From a virus (Duplodnaviria > Caudoviricetes): a stretch of 64,000 nucleotides of DNA. The DNA is taken from positions 6,365-70,364 of the IMG/VR virus record IMGVR_UViG_3300025390_000524. The stretch is one strand, 5' to 3'. The notes under the pieces are model-generated. The model did not search any database. It worked only from the letters and a program-made list of their open reading frames with translations, and was not told the origin of the DNA. The position numbers and the translations under genes were made by a program. The number at the start of each line of letters is the position of its first letter. Positions within the stretch are counted from its first letter, which is position 1. Shown piece by piece: positions 44,267 through 54,968 of the stretch.

Positions 44267-47200
44267 ATGGCAGATAGAAATTTTAGCTCAGACCAGTTTG
44301 TACGCCAACTAAAATATCTCGGTTATTCCGAGAAGGAAAATATTTACCTAAGAGAATTCGCTGGAAAGAATCCTAAGGCAGACGATTTTAGGGAAGCAGG
44401 TATAGAAAGTAAAGATTTTTTTAAAGGTGTTAAGCCTTCTGTTTCTTGCACTCAGTTTTATCATGTTGCCAAGGGAAAAGAATGGGAACATGACGAGCAG
44501 AGGGGATTGTATTTTGTCGTTAATGGTCAAGGCAACACTGATAAAGAGGTTAAATGGGCACGTGCTATTTTTGTCGAACACGACCATAAGGAAGGCTTAA
44601 GCCGACAAGAACAAATCGATCTTTGGCAAACTCTAGGACTACCTGAACCTACTTTTCAGATTGAGTCAAGGAATGGAATTCAACAATACTGGTCCAGTAG
44701 AGAGCAGATTGGATTAGACGAGTGGCGAGAGCTTCAGGAGGACATGATCGCCTTTACTGGTTCAGATCCTAAAAACAAAAACCCAAGTAGAGTATTTAGG
44801 GTTGCTGGTAGTTACCACGTCCAAAAAGATATTAATGGTGATTTGTTGCCTGATTTCCAATGTAATATTATCAATGAATCTGGTGTTAGGTATTCTTACG
44901 ATGAATTACGGGCTGCTATACCCTCTCGGAACGCTAGCTTACCAGTTTTAACTGCTAATGAGTTTGCTGGTCAAGAAGTCCAATATGGAGCGCTTAAAGA
45001 ATCTAACAGTGGACCAGTTCCTATTGAGAAATTATTATCTGTAGCCCATCGAGGAATTTTAGATAATGGTATCTCCGAAGGTGGGAGAAATAATGGGTTA
45101 GCAGAGTTTGTTAGGGATGCCATTGGTGTTGAGAATTGGTTGTTAAATCAAGGGATTCAATACGAGGGTAATGCCAGACAATTATTGGATCAAGCCAATT
45201 CCAGATGCTCACCGTCATTAAATGACAGCGAAGTAGACACAATATGGAAAAGTGCAGAAAAATCAAATCCTACACCCTGCCTAGATCAAGGAAAACTGCA
45301 AACTTGTCTTGATGCTTGGATTAAACCATCTCCATACAAGCAGTCCCAGAACAGCACTATTGAAACACCTGTAACTGTTGACCAAAGCAATATTTACACT
45401 GCCAATAAAATCTATTCAATTAATGGCAGGCTAGGTAGAAAAATTAAACTTAAAAGCAAAAAAGAAGACGAAGATAAAGAACTTTTTGAACCTTTAACTG
45501 ATTTTGATTTTGATGTTATTGATATTTTTGGCGATATTCATGGTCTGGGCAATTCTGGAGTTTTGCTTGAAGTAAAGCAGGTAGGCAACGGCGATATCAG
45601 GAAAGTATTAATTCTTGATAAGGATTTAAAATCATTAGCCGAATTTTGCTCAGCAATTAGAACCAAGTTTGGTTATACCTTAGCAATAGATCTCAAGATT
45701 GGACAAATCAACCAGATTATTGGCGACAAGATTGAAGCCTACATTAAACGTGGAGGCGAACGTCATCTTCTAGCACCACTAAGAGGTAGACAACCTAATG
45801 GCTTTTGGGTATTCGAAGATATCCAATTTGACGCGCTAGGGAACGTTTGTAAACCTGAGCAATCAGGTATGGTTTTTAATGCACAGCAGGATGATGGGGA
45901 CGCCATACCCAGTCCTAAAATATTAAAACCAAATCCAGAAGCTTTAGGCAAAGTATTGACCTTAGCTAGAGAGTATGTAGGGAATACTAATATTTTTCCT
46001 ACCTTGTTTGTAATAGCTGGACAGGTAATGGGGGTGCATTATCACGCCATTAGAGATAACGGCTATACAATTTTCCCTTTTGTCAATGCTACTGGAGATC
46101 CTGGTACTGGAAAATCTACAGCAGCCAGTATAGCGCAGGCTTTGGTAGGTATGCATGAAGCTGGATTTGGGGATACCAGCCACAGTGCCATTATGCAAAG
46201 GTTGAAAATATTATCTGGTATATCTTTGAATTGGGATGATCCCAAGAAAGATAAAACCCTAGATGAATGCTTAAAATCAATTGCATCTGGAGAAGCGCGT
46301 ATTAGACGTGGAAACGTCCAAACCCCTCAGAGTAGTGTAATTGTTACCTCTAATCATTTTATTGGAGAAGATAAAGCAGCCGTAGAATCCCGTTCAGTTG
46401 CTATTTCCTTTTTTAAAACCAACGATATTAACGACAACCTGAGATTAAAACTAAAAACTGCTTTAAAAACCGCTAGTGCTGCTTTTAGTACTCTTATAGG
46501 ATTTGGTTTTGATGCTGAAGAAGTTAACAATCTTGCTTTAAAACTAAAACCAGAATTAAAAAAATCACATTCTAGAACGCAGGACAATTTAGCCTTAATT
46601 ACTTTCTATGCGCTCAAACTTGCTCCCTATGCTGGTTTAACTTGCGAGCAGATTATGGATTATGTAATCAACGTCTTGTGTCCAGCAGCCAATCAATCTG
46701 AATCCAATAAACCTTCGCATTTGGATCTAGTAGAAAAATTAGAGATTCTAGCTAACCGTTCTCTAATTGGCGATTGGAACTATCGAGTTATTAAAAAAGA
46801 TAATTACTTAGGAGTAAAGCAAAAAGCAGTTTCTTTCAAGCTGGAATCTATCTGGAATATTTTAATTAACAATTTTGATGTTTCCTATTCCAAGAAAGTA
46901 ATTTTAAATCTAATAAAACAATCTGGAAACAGTATTAGTGATGTTCAGCATTTTGCTAAAGACCAAAGAGAATGGCAAGCATGGCAAATACGTCAAAACG
47001 ATAAAGATGTAGCTGAACGCAATCCTCAACCAGAACGCAAAGCATATCGTTGTGTCACTATTTTTATTGACGATGAACTCGAGGTTGAACGCGAGCCCAC
47101 ACCACCTCCAGTAAAAAAAATTGAACCTGAACCTGTAGTAGAACCAACAGTAACAGTAGTTCAACCAGAAATTGCATCAGCAGTTATAGCCGAACCTCAA

Positions 47201-47662
47201 GTTGTAGAGCAGGTTGTAGTGATTGATGAAGAACTTGAAAACGAAATTTATGATTACTTGGATTGTTTAACTACAGCCCAAGAATATAAGGAATTTTTGC
47301 AAAGATGGGCAAGCTCTGGAGATTCTGTTAAAGAAAAAGCAGCTCATAGAGCATGGCAAAGACTACCAGACTTTGTGATTTTACGATTGAAAGCGTTAAT
47401 ACAGCGCGAAGACGTAGGACAGTTGAAAATGCTGCCTCCATTTAACCGACCTGAATGGTGTCCATATCAAGCTGGAGAGTTGATTGTAGATAAAAACGAC
47501 AATCTATTCTATGTGAAAAACTATATAAAACCGACTGACAAGGATGTACCAAGGTCGGTAGCAGAAGGTCGTTATCTGTGGATAGTACCAATTAACAAAA
47601 AAATCAATAACGGTATGGAACGGCATATTCCAATTGACGAGGTAAGAGCATGGTCAGCTTAG
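44267..47662 (+). CDS. Primase-helicase (RepB-like primase + PriCT + DUF927-like/P-loop)
   Basis: 'LYFVVNG..AIFVEHD', 'GIQQYW', 'DPKNKNPSRVFRVAGSYH', PriCT 'GGRNNGL..CSPSLNDSEVDTIWKSA', Walker A 'GDPGTGKS'. Confidence 0.82.
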   Translation: MADRNFSSDQFVRQLKYLGYSEKENIYLREFAGKNPKADDFREAGIESKDFFKGVKPSVSCTQFYHVAKGKEWEHDEQRGLYFVVNGQGNTDKEVKWARAIFVEHDHKEGLSRQEQIDLWQTLGLPEPTFQIESRNGIQQYWSSREQIGLDEWRELQEDMIAFTGSDPKNKNPSRVFRVAGSYHVQKDINGDLLPDFQCNIINESGVRYSYDELRAAIPSRNASLPVLTANEFAGQEVQYGALKESNSGPVPIEKLLSVAHRGILDNGISEGGRNNGLAEFVRDAIGVENWLLNQGIQYEGNARQLLDQANSRCSPSLNDSEVDTIWKSAEKSNPTPCLDQGKLQTCLDAWIKPSPYKQSQNSTIETPVTVDQSNIYTANKIYSINGRLGRKIKLKSKKEDEDKELFEPLTDFDFDVIDIFGDIHGLGNSGVLLEVKQVGNGDIRKVLILDKDLKSLAEFCSAIRTKFGYTLAIDLKIGQINQIIGDKIEAYIKRGGERHLLAPLRGRQPNGFWVFEDIQFDALGNVCKPEQSGMVFNAQQDDGDAIPSPKILKPNPEALGKVLTLAREYVGNTNIFPTLFVIAGQVMGVHYHAIRDNGYTIFPFVNATGDPGTGKSTAASIAQALVGMHEAGFGDTSHSAIMQRLKILSGISLNWDDPKKDKTLDECLKSIASGEARIRRGNVQTPQSSVIVTSNHFIGEDKAAVESRSVAISFFKTNDINDNLRLKLKTALKTASAAFSTLIGFGFDAEEVNNLALKLKPELKKSHSRTQDNLALITFYALKLAPYAGLTCEQIMDYVINVLCPAANQSESNKPSHLDLVEKLEILANRSLIGDWNYRVIKKDNYLGVKQKAVSFKLESIWNILINNFDVSYSKKVILNLIKQSGNSISDVQHFAKDQREWQAWQIRQNDKDVAERNPQPERKAYRCVTIFIDDELEVEREPTPPPVKKIEPEPVVEPTVTVVQPEIASAVIAEPQVVEQVVVIDEELENEIYDYLDCLTTAQEYKEFLQRWASSGDSVKEKAAHRAWQRLPDFVILRLKALIQREDVGQLKMLPPFNRPEWCPYQAGELIVDKNDNLFYVKNYIKPTDKDVPRSVAEGRYLWIVPINKKINNGMERHIPIDEVRAWSA

Positions 47663-47946
47663 AAGAATTATTACAAAAAGCCACTCCCAGTCAATTAGAA
47701 CAATACGAATATCTACAGAAAACCTATGCAACTACGGTAGATATCGATGTTGGCTATCGGTATTTACACGTTGCAATTTTAAGAAAACTACCCAACCAAA
47801 AATATGCTTGCAATCCAACAACCAATCCTTTTTACGTTAGAGAGTTCTATCCCCAGTCGCAGGAAGAATTCACGAATTCAGCTGGTAGACCGTCCAAAAA
47901 ACTTTCCAAAATCCAGCAAGCCTGGGCCGCATTTGCTGACAATTAA
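47650..47946 (+). CDS. Hypothetical protein
   Basis: ORF overlapping the primase stop. Confidence 0.45.
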   Translation: MVSLEELLQKATPSQLEQYEYLQKTYATTVDIDVGYRYLHVAILRKLPNQKYACNPTTNPFYVREFYPQSQEEFTNSAGRPSKKLSKIQQAWAAFADN

Positions 47947-48562
47947 ACAACTATTAGCAAAGTCGACTATAGGACAACAACAAGAAGCTAGTAGGTTACA
48001 ACAATATGGTAATGACGTCTTCCATCGTTATCTCCAGGTTAGTGTTACCCGCAAACCTATCGCCAATTTAAAAATTAACAATAATTCAACTTGGGATAAA
48101 AACGAACTTCTGGATGAATTTCCAGATTATTGGGAAGAATTAGCTAACGAATTTTTAATAGGCAAACCATCAATTACAGCTTTTGCTCTCTATGAATTTC
48201 TGTTTCCCGATTGTCATCAAGTTTACGAAAATCTAGAAGGCGAAACTGAAATTGTACCGATGATTGACCCCTATGATGCCGAGCGTACCATAGCGTTTTT
48301 GGCAGGCAAACTAAAAGAATGGAATTGGACTACTCTCAATAATCCTCGTATTTTCTTTAACCCAAGCTTGAAATATGAGACAATTGTACTAAAGGCTAAA
48401 GAAGAAAAAGAATTTAAATTAACTTCTTTTGCCCACAAATTAGGATTTGAATGTAATCAAGAGCTGATAAGGTTTTTGAAAGTTATTTTAGATCGGGCTG
48501 GGTTTGAATCTTACCTAATTGGTAGAGATTTTTTTTATCGCACACCATTATTTTTTATTTAG
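47804..48562 (+). CDS. Hypothetical protein
   Basis: 252-aa ORF; start uncertain. Confidence 0.5.
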   Translation: MLAIQQPILFTLESSIPSRRKNSRIQLVDRPKNFPKSSKPGPHLLTIKQLLAKSTIGQQQEASRLQQYGNDVFHRYLQVSVTRKPIANLKINNNSTWDKNELLDEFPDYWEELANEFLIGKPSITAFALYEFLFPDCHQVYENLEGETEIVPMIDPYDAERTIAFLAGKLKEWNWTTLNNPRIFFNPSLKYETIVLKAKEEKEFKLTSFAHKLGFECNQELIRFLKVILDRAGFESYLIGRDFFYRTPLFFI

Positions 48563-48563
48563 C

Positions 48564-50753
48564 ATGACCACTGTAATCCATCGTGACGGGAATATTACGC
48601 CTGTAGATATTTCCAGAATTAAACAGGTAGTTGATTGGGCTTGTTTTGGTTTAACGCCTATTAACCCTTTGGAATTAGAAGCGGTATTTTCTGCCAGACT
48701 CAAAGGAGAAATCAGCACCAACCAAATTCAAGAAAACTTGATTAACCATGCCTTAGAATTATGCTCACCTACTGAACCCAATTGGCGTTATGTCGCAGGT
48801 AGGCTGTACATTTGGAATCTATGGAAACAGGTTAGGATAGCCCGTTCGATGGAAAACTACGAAGATATTTATCAAAATAGTTTTATTGAAATCAAACGGA
48901 AAATTGTAGCTGGTATTTATTCTCCAGTTTTGTTAGAAGGTTATAGTCTAGATGAAATCAAAGAATCTGTGGGTTGGATTGACCAGGAACTAGATAAGGA
49001 TTACGACTATGCTGGAGCTAAACTACTGCATGACCGTTATTTATTAGCGAACGAACTACCCCAAGAAGCTTTTTTAGTATCAGCCCTGATTGCTGCTAGT
49101 AATTCTAAAGAACCCTTGGTCTTTGCTAAAAAAATCTATCAAGCAATTGCTCAACGTAAAATCTCGTTGGCAACTCCAATGCTGGCAAATCTCCGCCGTC
49201 CTAATACTTCTGTTACCAGTTGTTTTATTATTGACGCTGACGATAGCTTAGAAAGTATTGCCTATAGTTGGACACAAAGTGCTAAAATTTCTGCCCAAGG
49301 TGGTGGTATTGGAATTAGGCTATCCAGAATTAGAGCAATAGGTGCTACCGTCAATGGTCGTCCTAATTCTTCGGGTGGAGTAGTACCTTGGATCAAGATT
49401 TTAAACGATATTGTTTTGGCAGTAAACCAAGGTGGCAAGAGAGCAGGAGCTATGACTGTCGCTTTAGATTCTTGGCACTTAGACCTGCCAGCGTTTTTAG
49501 ATATGCAAACCGAGCATGGCGACCAGAGGTTAAAAGCTTTTGATATTTTTCCTCAAGTAGTTTGTTCAGATCTGTTCATGACCAGGGTAATTAACAACGA
49601 TACTTGGACACTAGTAGATCCACACGAGGTTAAAACCCAGTTAGGAATTGAATTAGCAGGATTATGGGGTTGGAGTTTTCAAAACGCTTATAACGAAATT
49701 GAAGCGCATCTAGGTAGCAAGCTTAAATTATATAAAACCGTAAAAGCTAAGGAATTATTTAAAGAAATCATGCGCCTCCAGCTTGAAACTGGACTGCCTT
49801 ATCTTTCGTTTAAAGATACCATCAACCAAGCCAATCCCAACAAAGATTCAGGTACAATTCCTAGCGTTAATCTCTGTACAGAATCCTTTAGCAACGTTAG
49901 TGTAACTGAAGCTCACTGTTGCGATCTTGTTTCGCTCAATCTAGCCAACATTTATGATGACGAACTAGAAGAAATCACCGCTATTGCTGTTGAATTGCTA
50001 GATAACGCTTTAGATATTGCTACCCCATCGATACCAGAAGCCGCTAAACATCATAAAAAATATCGTGTATTGGGTGTAGGAGCAATGGGTCTAGCTGATT
50101 GGTTGGCTAGTCGCAAATTATCTTATAAAAACAATCAACAAGAAATCAATGATTTGTTTGAAAATATTGCCTATGCTGCCTACAAAACGTCAATAGACCT
50201 AGCTTCAGAACGTGGAGCATTTGCCGCCTATAAAAAATCTGAATATAACAAGGATTTAATTAACTGCAAACCCTACAGCTGGTATGAGCAAAATTCAAAT
50301 CAACCAGACCGTTGGCGTAGATTGTTTGAAAAATTAGCAGAATATGGCATTAGAAATAGTCAATTATTGGCAATTGCACCCAATACTTCATCTTCACTAA
50401 TTCAAGGCTGTACAGCGTCAATTTTACCTACCTACAATCGCTTTTTCTTTGATAAAGCAAAAGGTAATTTACCAATAGCACCACCTTTTATCGACGAATA
50501 TTTTTGGTATTACGAAGAAAACCGTAATCTTGACCAACAGATAATAATTAATACGGTAGCTAATATCCAAAAATGGATAGATACTGGTATTTCTATGGAG
50601 TTGCTTTTTAACCTAAATCACGGGTTAACTGGAAAGGATATATTTAGAATATTAACCTCAGCTTGGCAACAAAAAATAAAAGCTATTTACTATGTGCGAA
50701 CCGTGCAAAAAGATAATTTTATTGAAGCTGAATGTAGCGCTTGTGCAAATTAA
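48564..50753 (+). CDS. nrdA: Class I ribonucleotide reductase alpha subunit with ATP-cone
   Basis: 'MTTVIHRDG' ATP-cone, 'LATPMLANL..TSCF', 'NLCTE', 'AIAPNTSSS', 'YYVRT', C-terminal CSAC. Confidence 0.93.
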   Translation: MTTVIHRDGNITPVDISRIKQVVDWACFGLTPINPLELEAVFSARLKGEISTNQIQENLINHALELCSPTEPNWRYVAGRLYIWNLWKQVRIARSMENYEDIYQNSFIEIKRKIVAGIYSPVLLEGYSLDEIKESVGWIDQELDKDYDYAGAKLLHDRYLLANELPQEAFLVSALIAASNSKEPLVFAKKIYQAIAQRKISLATPMLANLRRPNTSVTSCFIIDADDSLESIAYSWTQSAKISAQGGGIGIRLSRIRAIGATVNGRPNSSGGVVPWIKILNDIVLAVNQGGKRAGAMTVALDSWHLDLPAFLDMQTEHGDQRLKAFDIFPQVVCSDLFMTRVINNDTWTLVDPHEVKTQLGIELAGLWGWSFQNAYNEIEAHLGSKLKLYKTVKAKELFKEIMRLQLETGLPYLSFKDTINQANPNKDSGTIPSVNLCTESFSNVSVTEAHCCDLVSLNLANIYDDELEEITAIAVELLDNALDIATPSIPEAAKHHKKYRVLGVGAMGLADWLASRKLSYKNNQQEINDLFENIAYAAYKTSIDLASERGAFAAYKKSEYNKDLINCKPYSWYEQNSNQPDRWRRLFEKLAEYGIRNSQLLAIAPNTSSSLIQGCTASILPTYNRFFFDKAKGNLPIAPPFIDEYFWYYEENRNLDQQIIINTVANIQKWIDTGISMELLFNLNHGLTGKDIFRILTSAWQQKIKAIYYVRTVQKDNFIEAECSACAN

Positions 50754-51088
50754 TGAACGAAACCATACTATATAGTATTTCAAGTTTGATTTGGTTGTTA
50801 TTTGGTTTTGCTATCAAAGCCTATATCGACTATCAATTTAAACAATTTGAAAAAGATACAAACGCTTTGTTGGCAGCTCCAGAAAACGTTGATTATGTCA
50901 GTGTTCGACAAGTTGACGCTTTAAAAGATGAAATTATTAATTTGGTAGAATTGTTGTTAAGTGATGCAGTTTCCATGGAAGATCAAGGAGATATATTTTC
51001 TTATAAAATATCTTCGGCATTGATTCATAAATTAGACACGTTGTTTGCACAATTAGGGGATATGGGAGATGATTCAAACCTTTATTGA
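50741..51088 (+). CDS. Hypothetical membrane-anchored protein
   Basis: N-terminal hydrophobic helix. Confidence 0.45.
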   Translation: MCKLMNETILYSISSLIWLLFGFAIKAYIDYQFKQFEKDTNALLAAPENVDYVSVRQVDALKDEIINLVELLLSDAVSMEDQGDIFSYKISSALIHKLDTLFAQLGDMGDDSNLY

Positions 51089-51097
51089 TTTAGTAAA

Positions 51098-51442
51098 ATG
51101 CACAACTTTCCACCCAAGATTATCCCGTTAGAACCTCACCAAGAATTACAAATAATCAAGCTAAAACAACAGGCTCAATTACTTAGTAAATATACGTTAG
51201 TTGAAATGATTGCCAAAAATGCAAGGCAGGCATACGTTAATCAAAACAGGATTGAAAGTCGATTAGATTTAACGTTTGAACAGGAATTGCACCTCAAGGC
51301 AGTTGACAAATATTACCAAGAATATCCACACGAAGTATTAGCTCAAGCCGCCATATTTTATTTGCACAGAAACCTCTTGTTTGAAAATATGGTGATTCAT
51401 CAAGAACAACAAAGAAACCATGAAAAATACAATTCTTTTTAA
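51098..51442 (+). CDS. Tandem NblA-like (phycobilisome degradation) protein
   Basis: Two ~45-aa units ('IPLEPHQELQIIKLKQQAQLLS..' and 'LDLTFEQELHLKAVDKYYQEYP..') resembling NblA 'LSLEQQF.IR....VQ.MS'. Confidence 0.5.
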   Translation: MHNFPPKIIPLEPHQELQIIKLKQQAQLLSKYTLVEMIAKNARQAYVNQNRIESRLDLTFEQELHLKAVDKYYQEYPHEVLAQAAIFYLHRNLLFENMVIHQEQQRNHEKYNSF

Positions 51443-52442
51443 TCCCAACGGTCAAGATAAGGCTAAACAAATATTTGAAGGCAATAGCACTGGAATGTGC
51501 CAGTTAAATAATATTGCATATCCTTGGGCTTCTAGACTATGGGATCAAATGCGGTCACAATTTTGGCAACATCAGAAAATAGATCTTACCCCAGATGTGG
51601 TTGATTACAACAATTTAACTAAATCTGAACGCAATGCCTACAACAAAACTTTAGGGTTTTTGGTATTTTTAGATTCAATACAAATCAATAATATTCCCTA
51701 TCTCAAAAGTCCAATTACTGCTCCAGAAGTTGGATTATGTTTAGCCGAACAAACAGCACAAGAAGCGCTGCATAGTGCTAGTTATCAATACATCATTGAA
51801 ACTGTAATTCCCAAAGAAGATCGTGATGCAATGTACGAACTTTGGCGAGAAGATTTGATATTACAAGAGCGCTGCAAGCTGATTGCTGGAGTTTATCAAA
51901 ATTATATTGATGATCCTAGTTTAGATAATTATTTGAAATCGTTGGTTTCTGATTATATTTTGGAGGGAATATATTTTTATGCTGGTTTTAATTACTTCTA
52001 TACCCTTGCTAGCCGTTCTCTTATGCCTGGGACTGCAGATATTATTAAACTTATCCACCGAGATGAATTAAGTCATGTCAGGTTGTATCAAGAGCTAGTA
52101 ATTGAAGCCAAACAACAATATCCAGAAAATCCAATTTGGCAACAGGTTCAAGATATGTTTAGCCAAGCAATAGCCCATGAAATTGACTGGAATTTTTCAA
52201 TTTGTAAAGATGATATTCTAGGTATAACAGCACGTTCTACTAGCGATTACGTTTATTATCTTGCTGATTTACGTTTAAGAGCAATAGGTTTAACTGGTAT
52301 AGCAAATGTGCCCAAGAACCCCTATGCACACCTTGAACGCTTTAGTGATCTTTCTAGTGGAGCTACCACCAAAACCAATTTCTTTGAATCTACTGTTACC
52401 AGTTATCAAACTTCTTCTACTGTAGAGAATTGGGATTTTTAA
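51420..52442 (+). CDS. nrdB: Ribonucleotide reductase beta subunit
   Basis: Metal ligands 'LDSIQ', 'EALHSASY' (radical Tyr), 'LEGIYFY', 'RDELSH'. Confidence 0.93.
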   Translation: MKNTILFNPNGQDKAKQIFEGNSTGMCQLNNIAYPWASRLWDQMRSQFWQHQKIDLTPDVVDYNNLTKSERNAYNKTLGFLVFLDSIQINNIPYLKSPITAPEVGLCLAEQTAQEALHSASYQYIIETVIPKEDRDAMYELWREDLILQERCKLIAGVYQNYIDDPSLDNYLKSLVSDYILEGIYFYAGFNYFYTLASRSLMPGTADIIKLIHRDELSHVRLYQELVIEAKQQYPENPIWQQVQDMFSQAIAHEIDWNFSICKDDILGITARSTSDYVYYLADLRLRAIGLTGIANVPKNPYAHLERFSDLSSGATTKTNFFESTVTSYQTSSTVENWDF

Positions 52443-52688
52443 ATGAGGGATAGACTCAATCTTAATTTTGATTTGATTCAACATAATTTTAATTATGCCA
52501 ATATCCTAAATTTTCTAGAAATCATTTTAGAAAAAGTAGAAAAAGAATACATGTTGTGTGCCAATGATGTAGCAGAAGAAAACGGATATAGTCGTAGTTT
52601 GCACGAAGAAATTTACAATTTAACCTTGGTTAAAGGTCGCAAAGATTTGTTGGATAACTTGATTGAAGAAATCAAAAAAATAATTTAA
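52443..52688 (+). CDS. Hypothetical protein
   Basis: 81-aa ORF abutting nrdB. Confidence 0.45.
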   Translation: MRDRLNLNFDLIQHNFNYANILNFLEIILEKVEKEYMLCANDVAEENGYSRSLHEEIYNLTLVKGRKDLLDNLIEEIKKII

Positions 52689-53315
52689 TTGGAAAGTATT
52701 ATGACAACCATATTTGAGCAGGACATAGATCAAGAAACGTTAGATTATCTTCTAACTAAAGAAGCAATTGCGGTAGATACTGAAACTCGTGGACTATTAC
52801 CAGCTCGTGATAGATTATGCCTAGTGCAAATTGCAGATGATGATGGAAATTTCTATTTAATAAAAATCAATCCAGACCAAAAAGAAGCAGTCAATCTCAA
52901 AGCACTATTAGAAAACACTAGTGTATTGAAAATCTTTCATTTTGCTAGGTTTGATATTGCTTTCTTACTAAGACAACTTCACATCAATACTCACAATATA
53001 TTTTGCACCTACGTAGCCAGTAAACTTGCTAGAACCTATAGCTCGAGCCATAGCTTAAAAACATTGGTTGGAGAATTTGAAGGCATCGAATTAGATAAAA
53101 GCAAACAAACATCAGATTGGGGTAATCCAGAATTATCAGAAGAGCAATTAAATTATGCTGCTGGCGACGTTGAATATTTGCATAGTATTTCAGCAAAGCT
53201 TGCCAAGATTTTAGAAAGAGAAAATATTTTACCACTTGCCTTTAGTTGTTTTGCCAGTATTAGAACTTTGGCTTATTTAGATATTTGTGGATATCAAAAT
53301 TTATTTGAACATTAA
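52689..53315 (+). CDS. rnd: RNase D-like DEDDy 3'-5' exonuclease
   Basis: 'AVDTETRGL..RDRLCLVQI', 'FHFARFD', 'LDKSKQTSDWG', 'YAAGDV'. Confidence 0.85.
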   Translation: MESIMTTIFEQDIDQETLDYLLTKEAIAVDTETRGLLPARDRLCLVQIADDDGNFYLIKINPDQKEAVNLKALLENTSVLKIFHFARFDIAFLLRQLHINTHNIFCTYVASKLARTYSSSHSLKTLVGEFEGIELDKSKQTSDWGNPELSEEQLNYAAGDVEYLHSISAKLAKILERENILPLAFSCFASIRTLAYLDICGYQNLFEH

Positions 53316-53364
53316 ATAACTTGACCTGAGCATGTCAATAAAAGGTTCGGTTCTTGGTCTGTAG

Positions 53365-53667
53365 TTGAAAATAGTGCGTAGTGAAAACTGCGCATTTTTG
53401 TTAGGAGAATTTATGGCAAGACAAGTATGTCCAGTCTGCAGTGTATGTATTGAAAATGGTATTGTTAAAACAAGTTTAGGTAAACCATTATCTAAACAAG
53501 AATTAAAATCTAGAGTTTGTATATATGCAAAATATCACGGTTGTATTAACGACTTTATTGGAGAAGTTGATCCATATTTTAAATCCTACGAGACCTTCAC
53601 GGGAGGAGCTTTTAAACATTATCAAGGACTTGGAAAAACTCTACAAGAAAACCCAAGCCAAGATTGA
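53365..53667 (+). CDS. Cys-rich hypothetical protein
   Basis: 'VCPVCSVCI..SRVCIYAK..GCIN'. Confidence 0.5.
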   Translation: MKIVRSENCAFLLGEFMARQVCPVCSVCIENGIVKTSLGKPLSKQELKSRVCIYAKYHGCINDFIGEVDPYFKSYETFTGGAFKHYQGLGKTLQENPSQD

Positions 53668-53923
53668 TGAATTAAAAACTTTAGAAAAAGATCGACCAAA
53701 AATTGTAGTTGGAGAATCGGTAATTAATGCCAAATTAGAATTTGAGATAATGGTAGAAGAAGATACTAAAAACGTAATTTTGTTGATTCAAAAATACGAC
53801 GTTTTTAAAGAAGGAAAATATTTGACTCAGCTTAATCAATTTATTCTTCCACCAACAGCAGCCCAATCACTTTCTACTCTGTTATTTAAAAATTCTTTAA
53901 AGGAGGAAACAACCCTTGAATGA
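53525..53923 (+). CDS. Hypothetical protein
   Basis: 132-aa ORF; start uncertain. Confidence 0.4.
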   Translation: MQNITVVLTTLLEKLIHILNPTRPSREELLNIIKDLEKLYKKTQAKIDELKTLEKDRPKIVVGESVINAKLEFEIMVEEDTKNVILLIQKYDVFKEGKYLTQLNQFILPPTAAQSLSTLLFKNSLKEETTLE

Positions 53924-54052
53924 GTATCTAAAAACCATTTGTGCAACCTTTACTGGAGTAACTTTAGCTTTGTATTTGCATAGTTATCTAGAAAAAACAT
54001 TAATACCTCCAGCTAATTCTAATCAATTAATCAACCTACCTACTATTATCAA

Positions 54053-54655
54053 ATGACCAGTATTTTAATTGAAGGAATCGACGGCACTGGTAAAACTTCT
54101 TTAGCAATTGCTCTAGCTGCCAAACTGAACTATACCTACCTTAAACATCCAAGCGCTTGGTATTACGACAACGAAACAACTTCAGCCTATTCTAATGCCC
54201 ACCTGCATGTTGCTGATTTCTATATTAATAGTGATTTTATTGCTACTAACAATGTAGTAATAGATCGCTATTTACCGAGCCACATGGCTTACGAAATCCT
54301 AACGCCTAATGCCTCTAATGCGGTAGATTGGTATAGAGTTGCCCAAAACGTAGCAATTCCAGATATTGTGTTTTACTTGGATTGTTCGGTGCAAGAATCT
54401 TGTAAACGTCTTGAAACCAGAATTAAAAAAGATTGGCAAGAGACCACAATGCAATTAAATATTGTGCGCCGAAATTATCTAGAAAACGTTATCCCTTTAC
54501 TAAAAATAAAAGGCTGGAAAATCTATACAATCGATGCCCACCAACCAATTGATGTAATCGTCAATAAGTGTATAGAGTTTTTGTATCGTCATAACGAATC
54601 TTTGCAATTGCCAGAACTTCCAAAAGGTAAAAGCTATTATGTCGCAAGGGTATAG
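54053..54655 (+). CDS. tmk: Thymidylate kinase
   Basis: 'ILIEGIDGTGKT', 'VVIDRY', 'PDIVFYLD'. Confidence 0.85.
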   Translation: MTSILIEGIDGTGKTSLAIALAAKLNYTYLKHPSAWYYDNETTSAYSNAHLHVADFYINSDFIATNNVVIDRYLPSHMAYEILTPNASNAVDWYRVAQNVAIPDIVFYLDCSVQESCKRLETRIKKDWQETTMQLNIVRRNYLENVIPLLKIKGWKIYTIDAHQPIDVIVNKCIEFLYRHNESLQLPELPKGKSYYVARV

Positions 54656-54968
54656 AGGAATTGTAATCAATTCTCCAATTAGAGATTATCTAGAAACAAG
54701 TGCTGGTAACTGGCATAGTCAACGTCGTTATCATTATCTAACTACAGGCAAGATTGAAGAAGTTGAATCTAAGTTATCAATAGATTTTTTAAACTGGGAA
54801 GCCCAAGAGCTATTGGACTTGGCAACCAACTTTACTAAAGATAACGGCAGTAATCCAATATTTCTATGTGGTGCAATATTGTCCTGGGATAGCGTCAACG
54901 CTCAAGGGCACAATTTATCTAGCGGTAAAATCACACTAGGAGCTACCGAAAATCATCAAAAAATTGGG

